A DNA stretch of 64,000 bases, taken from an uncultured virus (IMG/VR IMGVR_UViG_3300042894_003697). Taxonomy: Duplodnaviria > Heunggongvirae > Uroviricota > Caudoviricetes. Shown here piece by piece: positions 43,801 through 51,131 of the stretch. The stretch lies in IMG/VR virus record IMGVR_UViG_3300042894_003697. One strand, given 5' to 3'. Made by a program: the position numbers and the translations under genes. Every line of letters begins with the position of its first letter. Within the stretch, counting starts at the first letter, position 1. The notes under the pieces were generated by a model. That model had not been told where the DNA came from. It did no database searches and saw only the letters and a program-made list of their open reading frames with translations.

Positions 43801-46125
43801 AGTTTGCCGTTGTTGATCAACGGTATTGATTACCCTGGAGTTCAAGTCACTGCACCAACCTATAATCAAAACACAGGGTTTGATGTTGGTAATTTTGATA
43901 TCAACCCATTTGATAATTTTTTTGTAAGTCCGGGCGGATTTATAACCTACGATCCTTCTATACTTGATACTGAGTACAGTAGTTCTTATCTTGACATATA
44001 TCTTGGCACACGGCCAACTGATATAAATGTATCGGGCGGTGCCTATATTAGTCCCTACAGTAGTCATGCACCAGAAGAACTGGTACCAGGTGCAGAATTT
44101 GACACCTTAGATTTTAGAGTTTACACAACACCTGGAGCAGATTGGCTTAGTAGAGGTCATGGATTCCCGTTGATTGTAAAAAGATATACCTATGATCCGG
44201 CAAGTCCTGCACTGTACTTTGGAGATTTGTTACCGTACCCAATGGTAGTACTGGCCTGGAATATAACCACTGGCGTGGGTCTCCAACCAAGTTCTTATGA
44301 TTGGGTTAATTACACATTGACTGTGACACAGGCTGTCACTGCAGGCGATGTGATACAACTTTCAGTTGTGGCCACTGGTGGCGGCAACCAACTGATGAGT
44401 GACACCTACATTGGGTCCAATATTGGTAACACAATAATTATACCTTTTCCTTACAGTGCCATCAGTGGATTTGTTATCTATAACAGCGAAAATGGTCCGT
44501 TGCAGCCTGGAGTTGATTATACCTATGTCTCCTATGCTGCTAATAAAACTCAAATAACTTTTGCAACCACTTATGGTGCCACTGACAGGATCAATCTAAC
44601 CTGTCTTGGGTATGCAGCCAGTGGCCCAACATACAGCTGGAGTCTGCCTGTAATTCAAACTTTTGTAATTACCAATTCAGCAGTGTTGACTTATACACTG
44701 ACCAACAGCTTGCAAGGTACAAATCCAGTTAATTTAATAGTCATGCGAAACGGAGTTCGCGCTCGTCCGTATTCTAGTGTTGACTATGTCAGTGACGGCT
44801 CAAGTTTGGAATACTATCTGCCAGACCGCGGAGGATACAGCCAAGAAAGTATTGCTGATGCTGATGTGTCGGTATACGAAAATAGCCAATTGTTAACTCA
44901 AAATGTTGACTATGTTGTTGACGCCTGGGACCCGTCATCGCTGCGTACCATAACATTAACCAATCCTGCCACATCGGGCACAGTTGTGTTGATTTCTATC
45001 AGCACTGACGCTCAGTACTCTATATCTGGCAATCAACTAACGTTCTTGCCAAGTGAAGGGTTAAGCCCTCAAGTTGGAGACACCATTGAAATCATAACCT
45101 GGAACGACACGTCTGAACAACGATTATTAACACAGGTCTGGGTAGGCCCGATAACCGAAGGCGTGTTAGTTAGTCAAGCATTTGATTCAACTGATTTTGA
45201 CAACCCACCTGGGCCTCCGTCGGCTGACCCAGGACTATTTGATCAATCCAGTGGCATTCAAATACAAACAAATATATTTGACACTGGAAGAGAAATATTA
45301 GATCCAGAACGAATACTGGTAACACTGAATGGCAGTTTCTTGATCAACGGCAATGGTTACATTGTTGACGGATCTAAGATAATAATACCTGGCCCACCTA
45401 TTAGCACAATAGCAGTGCTGGCAGTCACAAGCTTTGCGCAATTTTCTGTACCAGCTGCTATGGCCTTCCGCATATTCCAAGACATGCGCGGTATACAAGC
45501 TACCTATAGAATAACAGCAAATACCACAACCACATTGGTACAACCGGTGTCCATGACCGACGATGTAATTTATGTGGCAGATGCCGCAGCTCTTATTGAA
45601 CCAAACTTGGCAGACAATGTTTGGGGTGCACTGACCATCGATGGTGAACGTATTATGTATCGTGAGAGAAACACCACAAACAACACAGTCAGTAGTTTGT
45701 TGAGAGGAACTGCTGGAACTGCCAACGCATCACACACAGTAGGAGCCACAGTATACAATATTGGTCCTGGAAATTTACTATCAGCAGAGTATCAAAACTA
45801 TGTGGTTGTCGACAGCGCACTAGGCGACGGGTCAACCACAGTATACGTGGCCGACAACATTGATGTTGGCAACATGGACAGTACAACAATGGAAGAAGCA
45901 GTGCAAGTGTACATTGGCGGAACATTGCAAACTTCTGGATATGTTATAACTGCTGACAACCCTGTCACGGTAGAATTCGCCACTGCACCACCAGCTGGTG
46001 TAGAAGTAGATATTTTGGTACGTAGAGCATTGACCTGGTACGCACCCGGAGCAGGAACTCCTAGCAATGGTGAACCACTACAAGAAACTGAAACCGCGGC
46101 AGCAAGATTCCTGCGTGGACTTTGA
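31804..46125 (+). CDS. Giant (4773 aa) baseplate/receptor-binding structural protein, in the gp7 position
   Basis: Uninterrupted 14.3-kb ORF after gp6. FG-GAP-like repeats (FGTSVS, FGSAVAIS, FGSSIG, FGTAV...GAPG), repeated V.xNG...DY beta modules, two W.P...Y..G..V.Y...W (CBM5/12-like) motifs. Confidence 0.8.
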   Translation: MATVRTVDFLPEIFQTPVNKQFLAATLDQLVQEPKFKKSQGFIGQRVGPGVNANDQYVIEPTKSRNDYQLEPGVVQIDPVDAKKIVDVITYPGITDALTLQGGITNNADYLYTSDYYTWDPFVDFDKFVNYAQYFWLPNGPMAVDVSATGVPVTDSFTVTRANGVYTFSGYAGNNPVLTLVKGGNYTFNVAQNTTETITYRVTNSGTSAYVINQESNPSLTLVRGNTYYFNLSLTGAFPFFIKTIASLGPVNVYSNGVINNGASDGQIIFTVPQDAPDVLFYCNPVEFNLRGQFNIIDATAGTGNDFWIQTDPGINGRIPATPNISSRTILGVTNNGIDLGTITFDVPLSDAQSFYYNLPAIPLNNGTVDLITTTLQFNQVNNQFLDAFYTANPNGIDGITNLNGRTIVFTATQGWEITSFFDPLVTGQNGQPGSFDSLPFDNTTFITNPEEQYSVWRIQYQTDSGGQVYLSLTSVATVPELDKFTILFGNQWASTQWYKDVDGYFEQIPLLTAARSVLWYQDGTDPNIFGQIRLIDQTGVSTLDIDTIIGQKTYTSPNGVTFTNGMKVIFRGTTAPASYSNNEYYIEGVGTAIQLLPVTNFVTPEPYVEAQYALINSDSALNGPLTPDYLTINRASGDLNPWSRSNRWVQIDVINASAAYNNTVPVLDNNFRARRPILEFRAGTRLFNFGTQGKPPVNIIDFTQTDALRTVNGSIGFGTDGYELVSGDRVVFAADIDPVVRRTIYQVSFIIPDTVPPLISQPLISLIPAADSPALLDQSVLCLNGNTLQGQSFRYDGVNWAEEQQKLNVNQPPQFDIYDADGISFGDRVKYSSSNFLGSSLFSYAVGSGPLDLYLGFPLTYLSLTNIGDIVFDNNFYADSFTYTLNTVGQTVPLSSGFVRQYSTRLLYDREIGWQNGITQSQIRQQFQFVYDGSPSLLDIAVSTGTVVPAVQVFINATFQESYNYRVSIGTNTTTITWLTEYAPGDLIEIQVLSDQVSTNGFFQVPMNLENNPLNGNSTQFTLGTIRNHYSTIAQNLIGLQGPVIGANNTRDLGNLIPYGLQILQQSSPLTLAGYFMRDPNYDVFASLDFNSREYIKFKSLLLNTVISNDYGTMTIPEILDSAIAQITVGRTNLSPFYWSDMLPTGTTFISNSTTVSQITTSVFNTSQTYNFTESNYLGLLVYLNDVLLVRNYDYIVSVDSPVLTITVPLSVGDVVTINEYSDTVGNFVPNTPTKLGLYPKFKPEIFYNPDYLNPVLVIQGHDGSITISFGDFRDEILLEFEKRIYDNLKNDGNPVPLVAEDVVPGFFRTTDYTQAQITQILSESFLTWVGQNKVDYKTQNYIATNPFTYNYSVSGNKLNEEPLLGAWRGIYRYFYDTTSPNLTPWEMLGFSEQPAWWTARYGPVPYTSDNLVLWGDLEAGYIADPIAPYIDPRYVRPGLTTVIPVDSQGELLSPLQSVVGLYNPNAWRKSWVVGDGGPTEASWWASSSYPFAVMRLLALTRPAEFFSLFVDRDLYRYNAEFEQYLYNDRYRINANEIQVYGNGVSKASYINWIIDYNQQLGINSSSALTRDLANLDVRLCYRMAAFTDKQYANIYLEKSSPDSQNSSLLLPPESWNLLLYANQPFGEIVYSSLIIQQLESGFTVYGYSNVQPYFPIVASATNGTTQTISAGGTDVIVPAQYTNNIVNIPYGYNFSNATIVVDFILSYGVFLTSQGLVFDGVQNGYTLNWAQMAQEFLYWSQQGWAPGTIINLNPGASKITAYKPGAVVAAVTSLTPENQLTDQNKQSIKSRDLIVQRYGDTFTISSATNQTISYLDLKFTNYENMAVLDNVSIFNDLIYNPITAERQSRMAWKASISSDWDGTLNAQGFVLNQNNVDQWQPSVKYTKGEIVIYKNTYWSALNIIQPSTTFDYANWVKSDYAMIAQGLLPNIANKADQQANSYNIYDANLASDNDLLAFGLTGFRPRQYMVDLDLDDVSQIQLYQNFIASKGTRLSAELFTQANLRRETGQYNIYENWGILIGTYGANANRSWFELNLNQALLTANPSTVQIIQPGQSSQADQTIFLSNLWSESYAIPTVNILPTTYGTNLDTALPSAGYVNVDDVDITVFNLNDPEAINANIDTIGNGTIIWVAQVNSYDWGIFKCIQIPSSMTLLSNNLNGTSVAQFTGTHGRSVGDVIIIRYFNDGVNGVYRVLSVPTPTTLVVAFAFTNTNQSQITGTGLVFYLQSTRVAQASDINNLPFVNDLVSGAKVWVDNDGFGHWEVLEKTAPFNIADTLTPFTLFTDSLFGTSVSQTTNHQSALVGAPQALSGAGAIYTYRQNNIVPYVDNILLTLNATGTAGYGNSAKFGNNNWAIAGASASNGNAGYATTLYQVPGSNSYLQTQLLVAPDQNFGPTRFGSAVAISFDERWMYISAPGADAVYAYGRVDVPVQSVTYTSNGTTSSFNWSESITIDPTYPNQLLVIVNNLIAIEGINYYINANVVQFFTAPAAGQPITLRRRQAAQIDRQDYFNIEQNSTSGTGVGAAFTVVNTRGVYNPTITTAGTGYAVNDTLTIDYTQICPNGSGANNLVITVTEVQAGAITAFSFAGSGVTTNNGFALVEYLNTVSDIYSFTVTVNGVLQRPHLDYDFNSDSSLDFGLLEFNTIPPAGADIAVSASTYWQYINSITVNGLGADAIFGSSLDTSTDGRQLLVGTINDSANTPTGTVQLAGSVYVYNRSSVSYQITNAAQTTYVIPGTYTDPVAVLLNNTYLTNTAQYINGQYTVSGSNIILNTDLTLTIGDILTIETNQFQLVEKITANIPAAQSAFGYAVTICPNNCSVYVGSPLSSQSGVVQSGAVARFANQTRIYGVITSTVANPTLIAGDTIRVNDIEVAVPVAPDNNLAGLVDAINAANVPNAAATLTPNVEFVGDGTTKIYNVGSIYSAAESYTTVVYVNSTLQTAGVDYTYNNTTQQIIFVTAPGANSAIIVVSGRITISVINATSVSPFNKLSVFPGLVNSAFDTIGFNLYVWAQDILSPNPTDYAQFGSSIGVNSDAINIVVGAPNGNVYEREIFDGGSTYFDDRSTTFFNPIVNSGVVYTYDYLSGTSAAFVSLTNPGAFVFGQQVYSTQLATGDQFGTAVNYISNRLLIGAPGSDLGDSSVNYGEAYVFNNPTGSLAWTPTYFQEPVVDTNLLNTVYSYDKLLNSTQTYYDFIDPLQGKILGAARQNIDYIGAVDPANYNQGSVHNVGTSWGSAHVGEIWWDTNRVRFINPSQDDIVYASKRWGQVFPGSNVDVYQWIESLVTPANYAGPGTPLSTISYTVATTVDNNGIFETYYYFWVRGIATINTAVGKTLSTTGIASYILNPIGSGIPYIAGLNASTVAIYNAGSLLSAQDTILHVGFDRQATSGDVHAEYAFIADGQADSFLNANLYRKLLDSFCGVDVLGNLVPDPMLSPGQQYGVQFRPRQSMFIDRFTALQNYLTRANNVLAQYPISEIRSFNLLNSSEPKPAPNTGAWNFEVPNLETLRYQNLAQVPLGYLYLVDSDSSQQGLWTIYEVAQGSILGQRVLNLTRIQNYDTTLYWNYINWYLPGYNSSTQIVATVANYSDLSTLTLQTAPIGTSVKVSANSQGKFEIYNRTATGWDRVALQDGTIEFSAKLWNYALGPYGFDAEVFDAQYFDQEPVIETRQIIRALNQEIYIDDLLIERNQSLILMFNFIYSEFTAPEWLIKTSFINVDHRLQALLPYQLYQPENQTFVEDYIQEVKPYHTQILNFNLIYDGTDTYAGSLTDYDVPAYWNTDLQIPQFVSPVLTPYTSALSTTENFNSDAASNAAVWLQFPWNQWYNNYLLEIQDVIVVNGGSGYSYNNPPTVTVTGTCVTPATMTATVNGAGQVTAINIITPGAGYSTTAQIVLTSAVGSGAICVAQMANDLVRSIRTVIKYDRYEYQSSIVEWQPNVVYTQGTQVRYVNVVWSANTTQSSASFLPSDWTLVSADSLSGVNRTQGFYTPGPDQPGLSLPLLINGIDYPGVQVTAPTYNQNTGFDVGNFDINPFDNFFVSPGGFITYDPSILDTEYSSSYLDIYLGTRPTDINVSGGAYISPYSSHAPEELVPGAEFDTLDFRVYTTPGADWLSRGHGFPLIVKRYTYDPASPALYFGDLLPYPMVVLAWNITTGVGLQPSSYDWVNYTLTVTQAVTAGDVIQLSVVATGGGNQLMSDTYIGSNIGNTIIIPFPYSAISGFVIYNSENGPLQPGVDYTYVSYAANKTQITFATTYGATDRINLTCLGYAASGPTYSWSLPVIQTFVITNSAVLTYTLTNSLQGTNPVNLIVMRNGVRARPYSSVDYVSDGSSLEYYLPDRGGYSQESIADADVSVYENSQLLTQNVDYVVDAWDPSSLRTITLTNPATSGTVVLISISTDAQYSISGNQLTFLPSEGLSPQVGDTIEIITWNDTSEQRLLTQVWVGPITEGVLVSQAFDSTDFDNPPGPPSADPGLFDQSSGIQIQTNIFDTGREILDPERILVTLNGSFLINGNGYIVDGSKIIIPGPPISTIAVLAVTSFAQFSVPAAMAFRIFQDMRGIQATYRITANTTTTLVQPVSMTDDVIYVADAAALIEPNLADNVWGALTIDGERIMYRERNTTNNTVSSLLRGTAGTANASHTVGATVYNIGPGNLLSAEYQNYVVVDSALGDGSTTVYVADNIDVGNMDSTTMEEAVQVYIGGTLQTSGYVITADNPVTVEFATAPPAGVEVDILVRRALTWYAPGAGTPSNGEPLQETETAAARFLRGL

Positions 46126-46141
46126 TCAAGGTAAATATATC

Positions 46142-46291
46142 ATGACTGAAAATAAAACGACAAAACAACCCGTGCCAGAGGTTAAAACTACAACCAAACG
46201 ACCTGACGAAACAGGAAGTATTTCGGTTGAAGGTTTTGTAAGGATTTTTGATCCAAACACAAAAGAAAAATTTGTGGAGAAACGAGCATGA
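46142..46291 (+). CDS. Small virion-module protein (49 aa)
   Basis: ATG 46142 lies 4 nt after TAAATA (46132-46137). Its VEGFVRIFDPNTKE resembles the N-terminus of the next gene (IEGFVKIHDPKTGE). Confidence 0.65.
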   Translation: MTENKTTKQPVPEVKTTTKRPDETGSISVEGFVRIFDPNTKEKFVEKRA

Positions 46292-46896
46292 TTATTCAAC
46301 CTGGACTGGCCAAAATAGAAGGATTTGTCAAGATTCACGACCCCAAAACTGGGGAAATTTTACTTGATAAAAAAAATGCAATTCACTACGAAAATATCAG
46401 CATCTGTATGGCACAGATGCTGAGCGACAAAAATCTTGGATACATCTATCAAATGGCTTTTGGTAATGGTGGCAGCGCAGTGGATCCCACTGGTGTTATT
46501 ACCTATTTGCCACCCAACACCACTGGTCAAAATGCAGATTTATACAATGAAACTTATTACAAAGTGGTTGACAATAATTCAGCTGCAAACCTAGATCCTG
46601 CCAACAACTACATAACAGTGCTGCACACATCTGGTAATGTGTACACTGACATAGTAGTGACTTGTTTGTTGGACTACGGTGAGCCTGCAGGACAACAGGC
46701 CTTTGACAACAGCACCAATTTCAACGGTGAATATGTGTTTGATGAATTGGGATTAAAATGTTGGTTTGGTAGTTCTACTAATTTGTTGTTGATCACGCAT
46801 GTTATATTTCACCCAGTGCAAAAAAGTTTAAATCGTCAAATACAAATTGACTATACTTTGCGCATCCAAACCTTGACCAACCTGAGTGCAGCATAA
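46288..46896 (+). CDS. Baseplate/tail-fibre-associated structural protein
   Basis: MAFGNGG, FDELGL, LITHVIFHPVQKSLNR...YTLRI; position in the baseplate operon. Confidence 0.6.
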   Translation: MIIQPGLAKIEGFVKIHDPKTGEILLDKKNAIHYENISICMAQMLSDKNLGYIYQMAFGNGGSAVDPTGVITYLPPNTTGQNADLYNETYYKVVDNNSAANLDPANNYITVLHTSGNVYTDIVVTCLLDYGEPAGQQAFDNSTNFNGEYVFDELGLKCWFGSSTNLLLITHVIFHPVQKSLNRQIQIDYTLRIQTLTNLSAA

Positions 46897-46947
46897 ATAT
46901 GTGTACATTAACACGCACTAAATACACAATGACGGAGTAAATAAAAG

Positions 46948-48228
46948 ATGTCGTATACAATAACTTTAACCGATGGCGCGGTATTTGCTACCATAGCAGA
47001 TGGCACCATTAATACCGCTAGTTCAATGACACTAGTAGGTAAAAATTATGCTGGGTATGGTCAATTTTTAAATGACGACATTATACGCCTATTAGAATCT
47101 GGGTCAAACACTACTGCTCCTAGTGCACCGTTACAAGGACAACTTTGGTTTGATTCCACCGCAGGCCTACTTAAAGTATACAACGGCACAGTTTTTAAAA
47201 CTATCAGTGCAGCCACTGCTAGCACAACTGCACCTAGCAGCAACAGCACTGGTGATTTATGGTTTGATACTACCAATCAACAACTTAATGTTTGGACTAG
47301 TACTGCTTGGTTACTGGTTGGCCCACAATTCACAGCCGGACAGGGTATAACAGGTGCAATTCCTGCTACCATTGTAGATAACACCAGTGTAGCTCACCAG
47401 TGCATTGAACTTTATACTAACAACAACATCGTGGGTATTGTGAGCCAAGACGCAACATTTACACCTCAAGTTGCCATTAGTGGATTTACAACCATCCGTC
47501 CTGGTATTACATTGGCCACTCTGGTGGGTGCCAATGTTCCTTTGTTCCAAGGTACTGCTACTAATGCTCAAGCACTAAACAGTTTAGCAAGTAGTTCGTT
47601 TTTGCGAGCGGATGCAAATACCAGCACAACAGGCACACTGAGTGTGCTAAACAATTCAGGATTGGCAGTGGGAATCAACAGTGATTTTAGGGTTACAGTT
47701 GCTGGAACTGCAATTACTGTGGCCAACCAAACTTCAAATGGTAACATTAACTTTAATGTTAACCAAGGCGGAACTCCAACCACAGTGATGTCAATCAATG
47801 GCAGCACCGGTGTTATCAGTGGCAATCAAATTAATGCTAACTATGCTGACATGGCAGAACGTTTTGCCGCAGACTCAGCATACGAAGCAGGCACAGTGGT
47901 GGAACTAGGCGGCAATGAAGAAATTACCATGGCCGCACAGGATCTAAGTGAAACTGTGTTTGGTGTCATAAGCACTCATGCAGCCTATTTAATGAACGGC
48001 CGTGCTGGTACTGATATCACTCACCCGCCTGTGGCAATGACTGGAAGAGTTCCAGTCAAATCTGTTGGCGTCATACACAAAGGCGATCGACTGGTGTCTG
48101 CTGGCAACGGCCGGGCCAGAGCTGCTCAATCTGGGGAAGCAACTGCATTTAATGTAATTGGACGTGCGTTACAAGATAAATTAGATGCAGGCGAAGGCAT
48201 GGTAGAAGCCATAGTCACAATAACATAA
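46948..48228 (+). CDS. Tail fibre / baseplate wedge-like protein
   Basis: LVGKNYAGYG, repeated GQLWFD/GDLWFD, C-terminal YADMAERF...GRVPVK...GDRLVS domain; GGAG SD and TAAATA upstream. Confidence 0.7.
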   Translation: MSYTITLTDGAVFATIADGTINTASSMTLVGKNYAGYGQFLNDDIIRLLESGSNTTAPSAPLQGQLWFDSTAGLLKVYNGTVFKTISAATASTTAPSSNSTGDLWFDTTNQQLNVWTSTAWLLVGPQFTAGQGITGAIPATIVDNTSVAHQCIELYTNNNIVGIVSQDATFTPQVAISGFTTIRPGITLATLVGANVPLFQGTATNAQALNSLASSSFLRADANTSTTGTLSVLNNSGLAVGINSDFRVTVAGTAITVANQTSNGNINFNVNQGGTPTTVMSINGSTGVISGNQINANYADMAERFAADSAYEAGTVVELGGNEEITMAAQDLSETVFGVISTHAAYLMNGRAGTDITHPPVAMTGRVPVKSVGVIHKGDRLVSAGNGRARAAQSGEATAFNVIGRALQDKLDAGEGMVEAIVTIT

Positions 48229-48240
48229 CAGGATTTAAAA

Positions 48241-49224
48241 ATGACATATTCATCAGGCGGATTAATACAAGCAACTGATTATAATGGCTTTGCCAGCACA
48301 ACATCAGGTGCAAACATAAATGCTGTGTGGGGCACTGCAACAAGCACTAGCGGGTATGGACAAGGAAACATTGCTACGGTCAGTGCCGCAGCCACAGTCA
48401 CTGCCACACAATGGGCCACTCTCAACAACACCATTGCTGCAACAGCCAATCATCAAGGCACGTCAATAACTAGTAGAACCAATCCAACGGCAGGCGATAC
48501 CATTAGTATATTGTCCAATATTAACACTGACATAACAAATCTAAACACCAATCAAAATAACGCTTATGCAGTTGGCAGTCAGTTCACAGGATGGACCGGA
48601 ACAACAGCCAAAACTACCAGTACTGGATCCGGCGGCACTGCTTGGACCCTAACTTTCACACACACAGTTACTTTTGCAAATACCACTGCACTGTACAGTT
48701 TCTTCAATGCGGGTGGCTATGTTCAATTACAATTTGGTAAAACATCAACTGGCACCAATGAAGACACAGCATGGAATGCTTTTGTTGGCAATGGCACTGC
48801 CAACGGAGTAGTGGGAAGAATTGTGCAAACTGGTGCAGCTGCATCTAAAACTATTGCTGGTTCATCTTACACTGGAACCACTAAATTTGGTGGCTCAGGC
48901 ACACCAACCACACTAGCAACTTCAACAGGTGTGTATGCATTGACTGGCTCACCAACCACCATCTACAAACAATTTGACTCTGGAGCAGCTTATGCTGCCA
49001 ATTATGTTCAAATCAATGCCAGCATCAGTGGCGCAGTGTTGACTTATACCACAACATGGTTTGATGACGGAACTGCTGTTTCTGCAGTGATTACTGGCGG
49101 TACTGCTCCTACTGGCGCTACATTTGGAACTGCACCAACAACATTGTGTACATACTACCCACCTGAAACAACATACCTAAGTAATACTTGGGGAACCCCA
49201 ACAGTTGCTGCCACAGTGTCATAA
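48241..49224 (+). CDS. Thr/Gly/Ser-rich tail fibre-like virion protein
   Basis: Beta-rich low-charge composition, FFNAGG motif, last gene before the terminator. Confidence 0.55.
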   Translation: MTYSSGGLIQATDYNGFASTTSGANINAVWGTATSTSGYGQGNIATVSAAATVTATQWATLNNTIAATANHQGTSITSRTNPTAGDTISILSNINTDITNLNTNQNNAYAVGSQFTGWTGTTAKTTSTGSGGTAWTLTFTHTVTFANTTALYSFFNAGGYVQLQFGKTSTGTNEDTAWNAFVGNGTANGVVGRIVQTGAAASKTIAGSSYTGTTKFGGSGTPTTLATSTGVYALTGSPTTIYKQFDSGAAYAANYVQINASISGAVLTYTTTWFDDGTAVSAVITGGTAPTGATFGTAPTTLCTYYPPETTYLSNTWGTPTVAATVS

Positions 49225-49246
49225 CATCCAAAGTCTAGTATTACCA

Positions 49247-49266
49247 AAAGGGCCTTCGGGCCCTTT
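49247..49266 (+). terminator. Intrinsic terminator with C(UUCG)G tetraloop ending the structural operon
   Basis: AAAGGGCC-TTCG-GGCCCTTT perfect 8-bp stem; UUCG loops are typical of T4-like terminators. Confidence 0.85.
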
Positions 49267-49292
49267 ACTATTGACCAAATTTAATGTATAAT
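49264..49292 (+). promoter_or_regulatory. Sigma70-like promoter TTTACT-17nt-TATAAT at the start of the glycan-modification island
   Basis: Perfect -10 box, 17-nt spacer, ATG 6 nt downstream. Confidence 0.65.
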
Positions 49293-49298
49293 TAACAC

Positions 49299-49607
49299 AT
49301 GAATACTGATGAATTAATTGCACACAGTCGAGCCCGTTTTGATCATGCGGTTGCAAGACGGGTACTAAAAGAAAAATACCAAGCCAAAATGACGTTTGCT
49401 TATGCTGGAGGTCTTTGGCAGGCTGGCCCCGAGCTACTGTGCTTGTTGGCTGCGTGTCCAGATCGTAGCTCTGCTGTAATTTTGGACCTGTATGAAACGC
49501 CAATACAAATCAATGTGGATGAGCTGGAACTTGCGGCAGCACAACGATGGCAGGAACAGATGAACGCATGGTTGGTAGAGTACACAGAAATTAATAAAAA
49601 TAGATGA
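49299..49607 (+). CDS. Hypothetical protein
   Basis: 102-aa ORF, ATGA-coupled to the next gene. Confidence 0.7.
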   Translation: MNTDELIAHSRARFDHAVARRVLKEKYQAKMTFAYAGGLWQAGPELLCLLAACPDRSSAVILDLYETPIQINVDELELAAAQRWQEQMNAWLVEYTEINKNR

Positions 49608-50404
49608 CTACCGGAGTATTAATTTTTGCCTACAACAATGAGCATATTGATTATTTGGCCATGGCTGCATGGTCAGCAAAAAATATTCGTAGACATTTAA
49701 AATTACCTGTGTGCGTTGTGACTGATCTGCCAGTGCCGGCTGAATACAACTTTGAACAGGTGGTTTATGCAGCCACTGAGAGTCAAAATTCACGTTGGTT
49801 TGCTGACATTGATGCCACTGTCACTTGGTACAATGGCAATAGATCCAATGCATACGAGCTGTCACCATGGGATCAAACACTGGTGTTGGATGCAGACTAT
49901 GTGGTAGCAAGCAATCAACTGTCACGGTTATTAGCTATAGATCAAGATTTTCTTTGTCATCGTTGGGCCTACGATGTCACCGGGCTACAACCATTCGACG
50001 ACAATAACTTTTTTGGACTGCATCAAATGCCAATGAGTTGGGCAACTGTCATGCTATTTCAACGAAGTAAGACTGCAGAATTAATTTTTGAATCTATGCA
50101 AATGGTTAGAGACAACTGGAATCACTACAGAAATTTATACGGAATTCTAAAACCCACTTATCGCAATGATCATGCACTCAGCATTGCTTTGAATATTGTT
50201 GATGGCCACACATTACGTATTCCGGCCATACCGTGGCAATTGGCCACAGTGACTCCGGACAATCGCCTAACACACATTACACAAGACTCATACCGTGTGG
50301 ATTTTACCACCGCAGACAAAAAAACACGTTGGATACAATTAACAAATGATTTTCATGCCATGGGCAAACAACATTTAGGAGCCATAATTGCTAATAACAC
50401 ATGA
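49604..50404 (+). CDS. Glycosyltransferase, GT-A fold (GT8-like)
   Basis: YLAMA..SAK.I, SPWDQTLVLDADY (DxD), RND.ALS, HAMGK. Confidence 0.7.
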   Translation: MTTGVLIFAYNNEHIDYLAMAAWSAKNIRRHLKLPVCVVTDLPVPAEYNFEQVVYAATESQNSRWFADIDATVTWYNGNRSNAYELSPWDQTLVLDADYVVASNQLSRLLAIDQDFLCHRWAYDVTGLQPFDDNNFFGLHQMPMSWATVMLFQRSKTAELIFESMQMVRDNWNHYRNLYGILKPTYRNDHALSIALNIVDGHTLRIPAIPWQLATVTPDNRLTHITQDSYRVDFTTADKKTRWIQLTNDFHAMGKQHLGAIIANNT

Positions 50405-51131
50405 ACGTGGCTATTTGATTCCGGCCGTAAACACTGATTCAGTTGACTATGTGCAATGTGCAGAACAACTGGCAGACAGTATCAGAACATGGCATCCAGA
50501 TGCAAATATAACAATACTGACCAAAGATCAGTTACCACACGGTGACCTTGGTGGATACGTCAATGATTGTCAGGTATTTCAAGCAAGTCCGTATCGACAA
50601 ACAATAAAACTCGAAGCTGACATGATTGCGGCCGGTCCGATAGACCACTGGTGGACATTGTTTGAAAATCGAGATGTTGTGATCAGTCAAGGTGCTAGAG
50701 ATTTTTATGATCGTCCTGCCAAGTCAAGACATTATAGAAAAATATTTGACCACAACAATCTTCCAGACGTATACAATGCCATCACATACTGGCGGGTAAG
50801 TCAAACTGCTAAAGAATTTTTTAATCTAGTGCAGACTATTTTTACAAATTGGGCTATGTATAAAAAACTATTAAAGATGCCCGATGAAGAAGCCAGTACA
50901 GATGTAGTGTATGCCATGGCAGCAATTGTCATGGGGCCAGAGCGAGTGACATTGCCGGTGGGTTTAGGTCCAACTATTGTGCACATGAAAAAGCACATAA
51001 ATTCAATTGCCACTAGCAATTGGACTCAAGAATTAGTTTGGGAAAACACTCGTCCAGGCCTTAGAGTAAATACCGTAGCCCAATGGGGGTTGTTCCATTA
51101 TCACGTCAAAGATTGGAGAATGAATGAGTAA
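50388..51131 (+). CDS. Glycosyltransferase, GT-A fold (GT8-like), paralogue of the upstream gene
   Basis: SPYRQTIKLEADM, STDVVYA, VHMK, FHYHVK. Confidence 0.65.
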   Translation: MLITHERGYLIPAVNTDSVDYVQCAEQLADSIRTWHPDANITILTKDQLPHGDLGGYVNDCQVFQASPYRQTIKLEADMIAAGPIDHWWTLFENRDVVISQGARDFYDRPAKSRHYRKIFDHNNLPDVYNAITYWRVSQTAKEFFNLVQTIFTNWAMYKKLLKMPDEEASTDVVYAMAAIVMGPERVTLPVGLGPTIVHMKKHINSIATSNWTQELVWENTRPGLRVNTVAQWGLFHYHVKDWRMNE

